From an uncultured Gemmatimonadaceae bacterium (GTDB taxonomy: Bacteria; Gemmatimonadota; Gemmatimonadetes; Gemmatimonadales; Gemmatimonadaceae), in the NCBI GenBank assembly GCA_963781585.1, contig CAWAGQ010000004.1, forward strand, positions 992,001 through 1,056,000: a stretch of DNA of 64,000 nucleotides. The letters run 5' to 3'. The stretch's first letter is position 1. Each line of letters opens with the position of its first letter. Position numbers and translations under genes: made by a program. The notes beneath the pieces are model-generated. The model was not told the DNA's origin. It did not search any database and saw only the letters and a list, made by a program, of their open reading frames with translations. Shown here one piece after another: positions 9,686-18,617 of this stretch.

Positions 9686-10704
9686 TCGAGTTTCCGTCCG
9701 GTGAGCGAAATGAACAGGCTCTCGAGGCTCGGGCTCGTCAGGTGGATGTTGCGAACCTGACGGCCGCTCGCTCCGGCGGCGGCGATCAGCGCGGGGATGA
9801 TCTCCCCTCCCCGTTGACTGTAGGCACGGAGCTCGGCGCCGTGCGCTTCGACCCGCCGCACGCCACCCACGTGATCGGCGCGGGCGGCCGTATCGGACGC
9901 ATCGCCATCCAGCATCAGTTCCACGAGCGTGCCTTCCGGGGCCTTCGACTTGAGCGCCGCCGGCGTATCCACAGCGAGCAGCTTCCCTCGATCCATGATG
10001 GCGACGCGCTCGCACAGCTGGTCGGCCTCTTCCATATAGTGCGTCGTCATGACAATCGTCCGACCCTGACGGTGCAGGTCGCGAAGGATTCCCCAGAGAT
10101 CCAGCCGCGCCTGCGGATCGAGCCCCACGGTCGGCTCGTCCAGGAACAGCACCTCGGGCTCGTGAATCAGCGCGCGGGCGATCATCAGGCGCTGTTGCTG
10201 CCCTCCCGAGAGCTGATCGACCTTCGCGCTCTCGCGCCCCTGGAGTTCCAGGCGCGCGAGGAGTCCGCGCGCACGCCGCTCCGCGTCGCTCATGGAAAAC
10301 CCGAAGTACGCCGCGTGAAAGACCAGATTCTCCAGCGCCGTCAGGCTGCGGTCCGGATTGGGACGCTGGGGAACCACGCCAATGCGCTGCCGAACCGCGA
10401 CGGCATGCGTCGCCACATCCGCCCCTGCGACAAGCGCGCGGCCCGAGGTCGCGCGAACCCGCGTCGTGAGGATACCGATCGTGGTGGTCTTGCCGGCGCC
10501 GTTGGGTCCCAGCAAGCCGAAGAACTCGCCCGTGCTCACCGTGAGATCGATGGCGTCGAGGGCGATGATTGCCCCTCCCCCGGACGGCGCCGGTGCCATG
10601 CCAACCGGAGGCGGCAATCGCGACGGCACGGCCGGCATGCGCCGGCGGCCATTCGCCGCCGGATACACCTTGCGCAGCGCTTCCGTGACAATGGCGTCGG
10701 CCAT
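9682..10704 (-). CDS. ABC transporter ATP-binding protein (DrrA/NodI-like)
   Basis: GPNGAGKTT, LSGGQ, FLDEPT, TTHYMEEAD. Start set at MADAIVTEALRK. Confidence 0.93.
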   Translation of the reverse strand: MADAIVTEALRKVYPAANGRRRMPAVPSRLPPPVGMAPAPSGGGAIIALDAIDLTVSTGEFFGLLGPNGAGKTTTIGILTTRVRATSGRALVAGADVATHAVAVRQRIGVVPQRPNPDRSLTALENLVFHAAYFGFSMSDAERRARGLLARLELQGRESAKVDQLSGGQQQRLMIARALIHEPEVLFLDEPTVGLDPQARLDLWGILRDLHRQGRTIVMTTHYMEEADQLCERVAIMDRGKLLAVDTPAALKSKAPEGTLVELMLDGDASDTAARADHVGGVRRVEAHGAELRAYSQRGGEIIPALIAAAGASGRQVRNIHLTSPSLESLFISLTGRKLD

Positions 10705-10837
10705 GGGCCACAATGTATCGGTGGCGCCGGAAGGTGTCAGCTCGCCTCGACAAGTCGTTGCACAATGCCGGCGACAAGAAAGCAACTCTGGCCTTCACGC
10801 GGAAGCACCACGGGGCCGACCTTCCGGATCAGGACTG

Positions 10838-10860
10838 GTCCCCGGGGTGTGACCGGGGAC
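10838..10860. promoter_or_regulatory. Inverted repeat GTCCCCGG-N7-CCGGGGAC in a divergent promoter region (second copy of the padR operator motif)
   Basis: Same TCCCCGG-N7-CCGGGGA geometry as 6682-6702. Lies between the divergent ABC-2 ATPase and MBL-rhodanese genes. Confidence 0.55.
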
Positions 10861-10916
10861 AGCTTTCCGTGAAGAAAGTGCGTGCCAAACCGGTCTGACG
10901 ATCGCCTGGAGGCCGA

Positions 10917-12362
10917 TTGCTTCTCAAGCGCTTCTATCACGAGGGACTCGCACACGCCAGTTACCTCGTTGGGTGTCAGCAGACAGGGGACGCGCTGGTG
11001 GTCGACGGCAATCGCGACTTCGACCAGTACGTCCAGGCGGCGTCCGACAACGGCCTGCGTATCACCCACGTGGTGGAGACGCACATCCACGCCGACTTCC
11101 TTTCCGGGTCACGCGAACTCGCGGCACGAGTCGGTGCGCGGCTCTACCTCTCGGGCGAGGGGGGACCGGACTGGCAGTACGCGTTCGCGGACCAGGCGCG
11201 CGCCGACTTGCTGCGTGACGGCAATCGTTTCCACGTCGGCAACGTCCGTCTGGACGTGATCCATACACCGGGGCACACGCCTGAGCACCTGACCTTCGTC
11301 GTGACCGACACCCTCGCATCGGAGCGCCCCGTCGGCGCGCTCACCGGTGACTTCATTTTCGTTGGCGACGTGGGTCGGCCGGACCTGCTCGAGCGCGCCG
11401 CCGGTGTGGAGGGGACGATGCGCGCCGGCGCGAAGCTCTTGTTCGAGTCGCTCCGGCGGTTCACGGAGCACTACCCGGACTACCTGCAACTCTGGCCGGC
11501 GCACGGAGCCGGCTCGGCCTGCGGGAAATCCCTGGGTGCCGTACCGCAGACCACGCTGGGCTATGAAAAGCTCGTCAACTGGGCGTTTCAGATCGACGAT
11601 GAAGCCCAGTTCGCCGAAGCAGTCCTCGAGGGACAGCCCGAGCCACCACGCTACTTCGCCATGATGAAGCGACTGAATCGCGATGGGCCTCCCAGCCTGC
11701 CGCGAACCGCGGCCCTGCGACAGGACGCGGCGTCGATCAGACACGCTGTGCAGCGAGACCTGGTCGTCGATCTCCGACAGCCCGCGGCGTTCGGCGGCGG
11801 CTTCATTCCCGGGACCATCAACATTCCGCTCACGCGCAAGTTCGTCAGCTACGCCGGCTGGCTGCTGCCGTACGACCGCGACATCTACCTCCTCTCGGAC
11901 GATGCCGGCGATGCGTCTTTCCGCGCGGCGGCGAGCGAGCTCTCGATGATTGGAATCGACCGCGTGGCAGGCTGGTTCGACGCCACGGCACTCGCCGCCT
12001 GGCAGGCATCGGGCGCGGCCCTGGCCGACCTTCCTCGCGTGACGCCGGGGGAACTGGCAGCGCTGATCGAGCAGGGAGACGTGACCGTGGTGGACGTGCG
12101 TGCGGAGAGCGAGTTCAGCGAGGGACGGGTACCGGGCTCGATCGTCGTTCCGCTGAGTCATCTGGCAGAACGCGTCCGTGACGTGCCGCGCGAGGCGCGC
12201 ATGGTACTGGTCTGCCAGAGCGGAACGCGATCGGCGATCGGCGCGAGCGTGCTGGCGTCCCTGGGCTTCCGCTCGATCGCGAACATGCCAGGTGGAGTCG
12301 TGGAATGGGCGAGAGCCGGGCTCCCGCTGGAGCGCGACTCCGCCGCTCTCGCCGCATCCTGA
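10917..12362 (+). CDS. MBL-fold persulfide dioxygenase-rhodanese fusion (CstB-like)
   Basis: THIHADF, TPGHTPEH, GDVGRPDL, HGAGSACGK; then a Cys-less rhodanese domain and an active rhodanese domain (CQSGTRS). TTG start. Confidence 0.9.
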   Translation: MLLKRFYHEGLAHASYLVGCQQTGDALVVDGNRDFDQYVQAASDNGLRITHVVETHIHADFLSGSRELAARVGARLYLSGEGGPDWQYAFADQARADLLRDGNRFHVGNVRLDVIHTPGHTPEHLTFVVTDTLASERPVGALTGDFIFVGDVGRPDLLERAAGVEGTMRAGAKLLFESLRRFTEHYPDYLQLWPAHGAGSACGKSLGAVPQTTLGYEKLVNWAFQIDDEAQFAEAVLEGQPEPPRYFAMMKRLNRDGPPSLPRTAALRQDAASIRHAVQRDLVVDLRQPAAFGGGFIPGTINIPLTRKFVSYAGWLLPYDRDIYLLSDDAGDASFRAAASELSMIGIDRVAGWFDATALAAWQASGAALADLPRVTPGELAALIEQGDVTVVDVRAESEFSEGRVPGSIVVPLSHLAERVRDVPREARMVLVCQSGTRSAIGASVLASLGFRSIANMPGGVVEWARAGLPLERDSAALAAS

Positions 12363-12370
12363 GCCAGGGC

Positions 12371-12964
12371 ATGAACCCGACCCGCCGTCTGCTCCGGTAC
12401 TTCTTTCGCGGCCTGATCTTTCTCGCGCCGGTCGCCATCACCCTCTGGATCTGCGTGTGGCTGTTCCAGGAGATCGACGGGTGGATGGGGATCGGGATTC
12501 CCGGCCTCGGCTTCGTGGCCACGATCGCCTTCATCACGCTGTTCGGCTTCCTCGCCTCCGGGCTCTTCACCCGCGGCGTGATAGCGACCGTCGAGAGGGT
12601 GCTCAATCGCGTTCCCTTCGTACGTCTCGTCTACGCGTCCACCCGCGACCTGGTGAACGCGTTCGTCGGCGAGAAACGGAGCTTCGACAAGCCGGTGCTG
12701 GTCCAGTTGTTCAGCGGCGGACACGCGCGAGCGTTTGGATTCGTCACCAAGCAGTCGCTGGAGCAGCTCGGCCTCCACGAATACGTCACAGTGTACCTGC
12801 CGCAATCGTATCACTTCGCCGGCCAGCTCTACGTTTTCCCGGCATCGGCGGTCGAGCACTTGAATGCCAGCAGCGCCGACGTGATGGCATTCATCGTCTC
12901 GGGCGGCGTCACGGACGTTCCGAGGCCCGCCCCAACCGGAATCGCGACCCCCGCGCCCGACTGA
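12371..12964 (+). CDS. DUF502 family membrane protein
   Basis: FFRGLIFLAPVAIT, RVPFVRLVY, FGFVT, VYLPQSY, FIVSGG. Confidence 0.85.
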   Translation: MNPTRRLLRYFFRGLIFLAPVAITLWICVWLFQEIDGWMGIGIPGLGFVATIAFITLFGFLASGLFTRGVIATVERVLNRVPFVRLVYASTRDLVNAFVGEKRSFDKPVLVQLFSGGHARAFGFVTKQSLEQLGLHEYVTVYLPQSYHFAGQLYVFPASAVEHLNASSADVMAFIVSGGVTDVPRPAPTGIATPAPD

Positions 12965-13055
12965 GGACCAGCGTCCGGAGAATACCCCGTGACGCGTTCC
13001 GGTTCGGTGCGCGGGCGGTAATATCCGGAAAGAACTCACACCGGATACTCATACA

Positions 13056-14411
13056 ATGCGCGCGACGCACGCGTCCCCCCTGCACTCCGCGTTCCGGCGA
13101 TCCGCTCTTGCCGCACTCGCCGTCTCCTCCCTGGCGCACGCGCAGCCGACGGGCGCGCCCCAGACTCCCGCCCGCAGCATCCTGCTTCGGCCGGCGCACA
13201 TCTTCGACGGCGTCAGCGCGCAACTGCAGAGCGGCTCGGTGGTGTTGGTGCGGGGCGATCAGATCGTGGCGGTCGGAGCGGCATCGCAGATCACCGTGCC
13301 ACCGGGGACGGAGGTCGTGGAGCTGCCGAATCTGACCCTGCTCCCCGGACTCATCGACGCGCACTCCCACGTCCTCCTGCACCCGTACAACGAAGCCACC
13401 TGGGATGACCAGGTCCTCAAGGAACCGTTAGGGATGCGCGTGGCGCGGGCCACCGTGAGTCTGCGCAACACGCTGATGGCCGGTTTCACGTTACTTCGCG
13501 ACCTCGGCACCGAGGGAGCCGGATACGCTGATGTCGGACTCAAGCAGGCGATCGAGCGCGACGTGATCCCCGGTCCACGGATGATCGTCGTGACCCGCGC
13601 CATCGTGATGAAGGGGAGCTATGGCCCCAGGGGTTTCGCCCCGGAAGTGGACGTCCCCCAGGGCGCCGAAGAGGCCGCCGGTCTGGAAGATCTCTCGCGA
13701 ATCGTGCGCGACCAGATTCGGCGCGGCGCGGACTGGATCAAGGTGTACGCCGACTACCGTTGGGGCCCGAACGGCGAGGCGCGCCCGGCGTTCACGCTGG
13801 AAGAGCTCCAGCGCGTCGTCGAAATCGCCAGCAGCAGCGGCCGTCCGGTGGCGGCGCATTCCACCACCGCCGAAGGAATGCGCCGGGCCGCGATGGCCGG
13901 CGTCACCACCATCGAGCACGGTGACAACGGCACTCCCGAGGTATTCAGACTGATGGCCGAGAAGGGAGTGGCGCTCTGTCCCACGCTCGCCGCCGGTGAC
14001 GCCACGCTCTCCTACAGGGGGTGGCGTCGCGGGGTCGATCCGGATCCCCCGTCAATCCAGGCCAAACGGGCAAGCTTCAAGGCGGCTCTGGAGGCGGGAG
14101 TGACCATCTGCAATGGCAGCGACGTCGGCGTGTTTACACATGGTGACAACGCCCGCGAGATCGAGTTGCTCGTGAACTACGGAATGACACCCGCCCAGGC
14201 CCTCATCACCGCCACCAGCGTGACAGCCCGCGTGCTGCGGCTGGAGAATCGACTTGGCGCGGTCAAGCCGGGATTGTGGGCGGATTTGATCGCCGTCGAC
14301 GGCGATCCAACGCACGACATCTCGGCTCTGCACAACGTGAAGTTCGTGATGAAAGGCGGCCGTGTGTATTTCGGGCCGGGGATCGCGCCCGACCAGCGGA
14401 GGGTGCGATAG
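13056..14411 (+). CDS. Secreted metal-dependent amidohydrolase (prolidase-like subtype)
   Basis: Signal peptide (AHA-Q), [39 protein letters not shown]. Confidence 0.92.
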   Translation: MRATHASPLHSAFRRSALAALAVSSLAHAQPTGAPQTPARSILLRPAHIFDGVSAQLQSGSVVLVRGDQIVAVGAASQITVPPGTEVVELPNLTLLPGLIDAHSHVLLHPYNEATWDDQVLKEPLGMRVARATVSLRNTLMAGFTLLRDLGTEGAGYADVGLKQAIERDVIPGPRMIVVTRAIVMKGSYGPRGFAPEVDVPQGAEEAAGLEDLSRIVRDQIRRGADWIKVYADYRWGPNGEARPAFTLEELQRVVEIASSSGRPVAAHSTTAEGMRRAAMAGVTTIEHGDNGTPEVFRLMAEKGVALCPTLAAGDATLSYRGWRRGVDPDPPSIQAKRASFKAALEAGVTICNGSDVGVFTHGDNAREIELLVNYGMTPAQALITATSVTARVLRLENRLGAVKPGLWADLIAVDGDPTHDISALHNVKFVMKGGRVYFGPGIAPDQRRVR

Positions 14412-14453
14412 CAACGCGCCCTGCGCGCAGTCGGCAGCGCGCAGGGCGTGTTG
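14412..14453. terminator. Long hairpin between convergent genes (likely bidirectional terminator)
   Basis: CAACGCGCCCTGCGCGC pairs with GCGCGCAGGGCGTGTTG (17 bp, one G-U), 8-nt loop, starting right after the amidohydrolase stop. Confidence 0.7.
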
Positions 14454-14502
14454 GTAGGTGGGGTGTGCTCGGCCGTCGTTGATGCGGCTGCGCGCGACGC
14501 GC

Positions 14503-15069
14503 TTACGGCTGGCCACGCCCGATTGCGTGGGCTCGCTGAATCAACCCGCCGACCGCGGAGCGGATCGATGCCGCGCCATTCCGCCCTGTCGTTGGCCTCC
14601 CTGAGATTACGCGGCCGTAACCGCCGTAGACCGTGCCGACTCGTACCACGCGCCCGGCACGGTCGTACACCCGCCCATCCCTTCCGAGATACCCGATCAG
14701 CCGGCCGTTACGGTCATACACCGCGTTGCGGTTGTTCACAACGGTGCTGCGGCCATTGTAGCGATCGTCGCGGTCATGATCGTTGGCGACACGATCATCC
14801 CGGTTGTTATCGTTCCGGCCCGCAACGCTTCGATCGACGTAGTCGCAACGGCCATTGTGGTTCACGTCGTAACAGACGTTACGGTCGGCGACGCGTGCCT
14901 GGTCGTTGCATCGATTCTGCTTGGCCAGACCGGGGGGACAGCGGTCGTTTCTCGCGATGCCCGGCGGCACGTTTCGACTGCGTCCCTGGGCGCCGGCCGG
15001 AGAGACGACGAGGAGCATTGACGCGCCCACCAGCGAAATCTGCGTCATTTGACGAAGCATGTTGTTCAT
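14503..15069 (-). CDS. Hypothetical secreted Arg/Asp/Asn-rich protein with PPGxA motifs
   Basis: GGAGG RBS before ATG 15069, signal peptide (AGA-Q), VPPGIAR and CPPGLAK, repeated YDxxGR units. Confidence 0.75.
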   Translation of the reverse strand: MNNMLRQMTQISLVGASMLLVVSPAGAQGRSRNVPPGIARNDRCPPGLAKQNRCNDQARVADRNVCYDVNHNGRCDYVDRSVAGRNDNNRDDRVANDHDRDDRYNGRSTVVNNRNAVYDRNGRLIGYLGRDGRVYDRAGRVVRVGTVYGGYGRVISGRPTTGRNGAASIRSAVGGLIQRAHAIGRGQP

Positions 15070-15450
15070 GGGATTCCTCCGGTTGTGCCTTCTGCAGGCA
15101 TCGGCACAAGGTTCATGTATGGTGCCAGAGGAAGCTCCATGAGACACCAGCGCATAAGTGCCTGTGCAACAGCACCTTGCATTTACCACCTTCAAGCGAC
15201 TTCTGGGCGCGTGTCCCGCCGCGGGCACGCGCCCTGTCCGTCCCAGTGTACACCAGCGGCGTCGTGTACCAGCCTCCGGACTGAGCAGGCCTAACGCGCA
15301 TGTCCCCTTCCGGGCGGCGCAGCGCCAGTGTGCCGCGCCTCTCTTGACGCTTCTTCGTGGATCAGATCGTCACCTCCGCACCCCTACCTGGGCGACGTCC
15401 CGATGCGCAACACCGCCATACGGAATACGACGGTCGCTGGGAAGAGGCTG

Positions 15451-17049
15451 CTACGTCACGCCCCTGACACCCCGTCGTTCGCTGGCGACGATCTCGTGTG
15501 CCGCCAGCAGGCCGCACGCGCCCGCATGACTGGCCGGATGCGTACCGGTGCCGCAGAGCCACAGACCGGGGAGCGGCGTGGCATATCGGGCACACTGCGG
15601 CACCGGTCGCATGAACAGCGCCTGGTCCAGTGCCAGTTCGCCATGGGTCAGACTTCCCTCGGCGACGCCGAAGCGCTCCTCGAGGTCCGCCGGGGTGAGG
15701 ATCCAGCGCGCCAGGATGCGGTCCCGGAAGTCCCACGCTACCTGCGCCAGCCTCGCTTCCACCAAATCGCCCAGGGCGGCGCGTTCCCTGTCCCCCCAGC
15801 CTCCGTGCCGTCGGTAGGGTACGTGGTGGACGTCCACCGACAGAACGTGACGCTCCGGCGGAGCGAGCGCCGCATCGAGCAGCGACGGCACGGTAAAGGT
15901 GAGAGCCGGCTCGGCCGGCATCTGACCGAATTTCGCATCATCGTATGCGCGTTCCAATCCCATGACGCCGGGCGACACCACGATGGTTCCACGCGCAAGT
16001 CCGTTCTCCCACGGTTTGCCATCGGTCGAGAACACGGGCAGGCCGTCCAGTGCGAAGTGGACCCGCGCCGTCGCCCCGCGCATGCGGATGTTGTCCACCG
16101 CCCGCAGGAGATCTGCATCGAGCCACATCGGGTCGACCAGACCGAAGGTCCGTCGCGGATCCAATCCGGAGACCACAAGCGGCGATGAAAGCTCCTCTCC
16201 GCTGTGGAGGGCGACGCCTGACACGCGACCGTCCCGAATCGTGATTTGCGCGACGTCGGCGTTCGTCCGGATGCGCGTGCCGGCGGCCTGCGCCGAGGCC
16301 GCGATCGCGTCGGCGAGCGCACCGCGTCCTCCCGCCACGACGTGTCGCATTCCGATGTGGCCGGTTCGCCAGCCCACGTGTCGGTGAAGGAACACGAAAC
16401 CCGTACCGCTCGACTGTGGACCATGCTGGATCCCATGGATACCCAGCGTGGCCAGCGCCCCCGCCAGCGATGGCTCGTCAACCCACTCGCCGACCAGGTC
16501 GGCGACAGGCATCGGAATGGCGCGCGTCACGTCCATCATGCGCCGCCGACCGAGCGCGCGGAGACGCCGTCCCACGCGCAGGATGGAGAGCAGCTCGGCG
16601 GTCGACTCGCTCTGCACGTTGGGCGCGGAGCGCGAATACAGGAGCTCCAGCAGACGTGACGCCGATCCGACGAGATCGCAGAAGCCTCGCCAGCGCGCGG
16701 TGTCCCGTTGCGACAGGCCGGCGACCGAGACCGCACGCGCCGCGCGCTCCGTGACGGCGATCGGCGGCGCCGCCGCACAGACGGCAACGAGACCGACCGG
16801 GGCGTCCGTTACGCGAAGCCCATGACGGGCCAGTCGCAGGTCGCGCGGGAGCTGTCTCGGCATCCATCCGGGATCATCGCCGCAGACGTTGACGCGATAT
16901 CCAGGATGGAACTCTTCGGTGGCGGCGGTCCCACCGATGGTCTCGCGCCGTTCGAGGACCAGCACGGTTTTCCCGCGGCGCGCGAGAAAGGCCGCGGTGG
17001 TGAGGCCGTTCACGCCGGCGCCGACGATGATCGCGTCGAACCGGCTCAC
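15451..17049 (-). CDS. Phytoene dehydrogenase-like FAD-dependent oxidoreductase, divergent paralog
   Basis: IIVGAGVNG Rossmann motif, LERRETIGG, ERAYDDAKFG, LCGTGTHP. GTG start overlaps the upstream stop (GTGA). Confidence 0.9.
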   Translation of the reverse strand: MSRFDAIIVGAGVNGLTTAAFLARRGKTVLVLERRETIGGTAATEEFHPGYRVNVCGDDPGWMPRQLPRDLRLARHGLRVTDAPVGLVAVCAAAPPIAVTERAARAVSVAGLSQRDTARWRGFCDLVGSASRLLELLYSRSAPNVQSESTAELLSILRVGRRLRALGRRRMMDVTRAIPMPVADLVGEWVDEPSLAGALATLGIHGIQHGPQSSGTGFVFLHRHVGWRTGHIGMRHVVAGGRGALADAIAASAQAAGTRIRTNADVAQITIRDGRVSGVALHSGEELSSPLVVSGLDPRRTFGLVDPMWLDADLLRAVDNIRMRGATARVHFALDGLPVFSTDGKPWENGLARGTIVVSPGVMGLERAYDDAKFGQMPAEPALTFTVPSLLDAALAPPERHVLSVDVHHVPYRRHGGWGDRERAALGDLVEARLAQVAWDFRDRILARWILTPADLEERFGVAEGSLTHGELALDQALFMRPVPQCARYATPLPGLWLCGTGTHPASHAGACGLLAAHEIVASERRGVRGVT

Positions 17050-18617
17050 GAGCGGAGAATCTCCATCGCCGCGAGCCGTCCGCCCGCGCCCATGATTCCG
17101 CCGCCGGGATGGGTGCCCGATCCGCACTGGAAGAGCCCTCGCACGGGGGTGCGATACTGCGCCCATCCCGGCGCCGGACGCAGGAAGAACAGCTGATGCA
17201 AGGCCAGCTCACCCTGGAAGATGTTGCCATCGGTGAGTCCGGTGATGCGTTCGATATCGGCCGGCGTGAGCACCTGACGACCCAGGATCGCGCGCCGGAT
17301 ATTCGGTGCAAAGCGCTCCAACGCGTCGATCACCGCGTCGCCGAAGGCCTCGCGCCTTGCGTCGTTCCAGCCACCCTGGATGTCGGACGGCGCGTACTGG
17401 ACGAAGATCGACATCACGTGCCGCCCCGGCGGTGCCATGTGTGGATCGATCATCGAGGGAATGATCACGTCCATGTATGGGCGTCGGGAGAAGCCGCCGT
17501 GTTTGGCGTCGTCGTATGCCCGTTCGACATACTCGAGCGTCGGAGAGATCGAGATGGCTCCACGCAGATGCGGACCGAAGCCGGGCAGGCAGGTGAAGTC
17601 CGGCAGCTCCCCCAACGCCAGGTTCACCTTCCCCGAAGATCCGCGGATCTTGTACCGCCGGATGTCTTCGACGAAGTCGTCGGGGAGAGTGTTGGCGTCG
17701 AGCAGTGTGAGAAAGGTGCGCTTGGGGTCGAGCGACGACACGACGATGTCGGCCTGGAGCTCGTCGCCGCCGGCCAGCGCTACGCCGGTGACGCGACCGC
17801 TCTTGGTGGTGATGCGCGCGACCTCTGCGTCGGTGCGAATCGTCGCGCCGAAGCCCTGCGCGGCGCGCGCGATGGCCGAAGAAATCGCGCCTGTGCCTCC
17901 CTTGGCGAATCCCCAGGCACGGAACGCGCCATCGATTTCGCCCATGTAGTGGTGCAGGAGCACATAGGCCGATCCCGGCGTGCGCGGCCCCATGAACGTA
18001 CCGATAATGCCGCTCGCCGATCTGGTTGCCTTGAGCACGTCGCTCTCGAACCACTCATCGAGAAAGTCGGCCGAGCTCATGGTCATCAACTTGTACAGGG
18101 CGTGAAACTGCCGCGGGTTCATTGACCGAAAATGCTTCCCGAGGCGAAGCAGGCCGCGCAGGTCCCGCGGGGAGAGTGAAGCCGGGTCGGGCGGCACCAT
18201 GCCGATGATGGGTTTCACCGCCATCGCCATGAGTCCCATCAGGCGGCCGTATTCGTCATACGCGTCCGCGTCACGCAGCGAATGGCGCGCGATCTCGCGT
18301 CTTGTCAGATCGTGGTCTGGCCACGACGCGAGGTAATCATTGTCTTCCATCGGCGTGACGGTACTCTCCAGCGGCAGGATCTCGAGACCGTAGCGCGGCA
18401 GTTCGAGGTCGCGAATGATCACGGGCCGCAGAAGGCTGACGACATACGAGAACACCGAGAACTTGAATCCCGGGAACAGCTCTTCGGTGACGGCCGCGCC
18501 GCCAACCAGCGGCCGCCGCTCCAGGACCAGCACCCGCTTGCCGCCGCGTGCCAGGTAGGCCGCGTTCACCAGGCCGTTGTGGCCTCCGCCTACCACGATG
18601 ACGTCGTAGCGGCTCAT
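17046..18617 (-). CDS. Phytoene dehydrogenase-like (PYROXD2-like) FAD-dependent oxidoreductase
   Basis: VVGGGHNG, GGAAVTEELFPGF, YVVSLL, YVLLHHYMGE, GNIFQG, CGSGTHPGGG. ATGA overlap with the upstream gene. Confidence 0.93.
   Translation of the reverse strand: MSRYDVIVVGGGHNGLVNAAYLARGGKRVLVLERRPLVGGAAVTEELFPGFKFSVFSYVVSLLRPVIIRDLELPRYGLEILPLESTVTPMEDNDYLASWPDHDLTRREIARHSLRDADAYDEYGRLMGLMAMAVKPIIGMVPPDPASLSPRDLRGLLRLGKHFRSMNPRQFHALYKLMTMSSADFLDEWFESDVLKATRSASGIIGTFMGPRTPGSAYVLLHHYMGEIDGAFRAWGFAKGGTGAISSAIARAAQGFGATIRTDAEVARITTKSGRVTGVALAGGDELQADIVVSSLDPKRTFLTLLDANTLPDDFVEDIRRYKIRGSSGKVNLALGELPDFTCLPGFGPHLRGAISISPTLEYVERAYDDAKHGGFSRRPYMDVIIPSMIDPHMAPPGRHVMSIFVQYAPSDIQGGWNDARREAFGDAVIDALERFAPNIRRAILGRQVLTPADIERITGLTDGNIFQGELALHQLFFLRPAPGWAQYRTPVRGLFQCGSGTHPGGGIMGAGGRLAAMEILRS

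Noticed and set aside
8870..10798. 642-aa ORF suggesting a long fused ABC protein
   Set aside because: The N-terminal part is an off-frame overlap of the ATPase gene; the permease begins at TTG 9685.
15113..15127. Possible sigma-54 promoter TGGCAC-N5-ATGA on the minus strand
   Set aside because: The -12 element lacks the conserved GC.
15451..18617. Carotenoid biosynthesis (crtI) assignment
   Set aside because: No crtB, crtE or crtY nearby; coupling to a GcvT-like gene points elsewhere.
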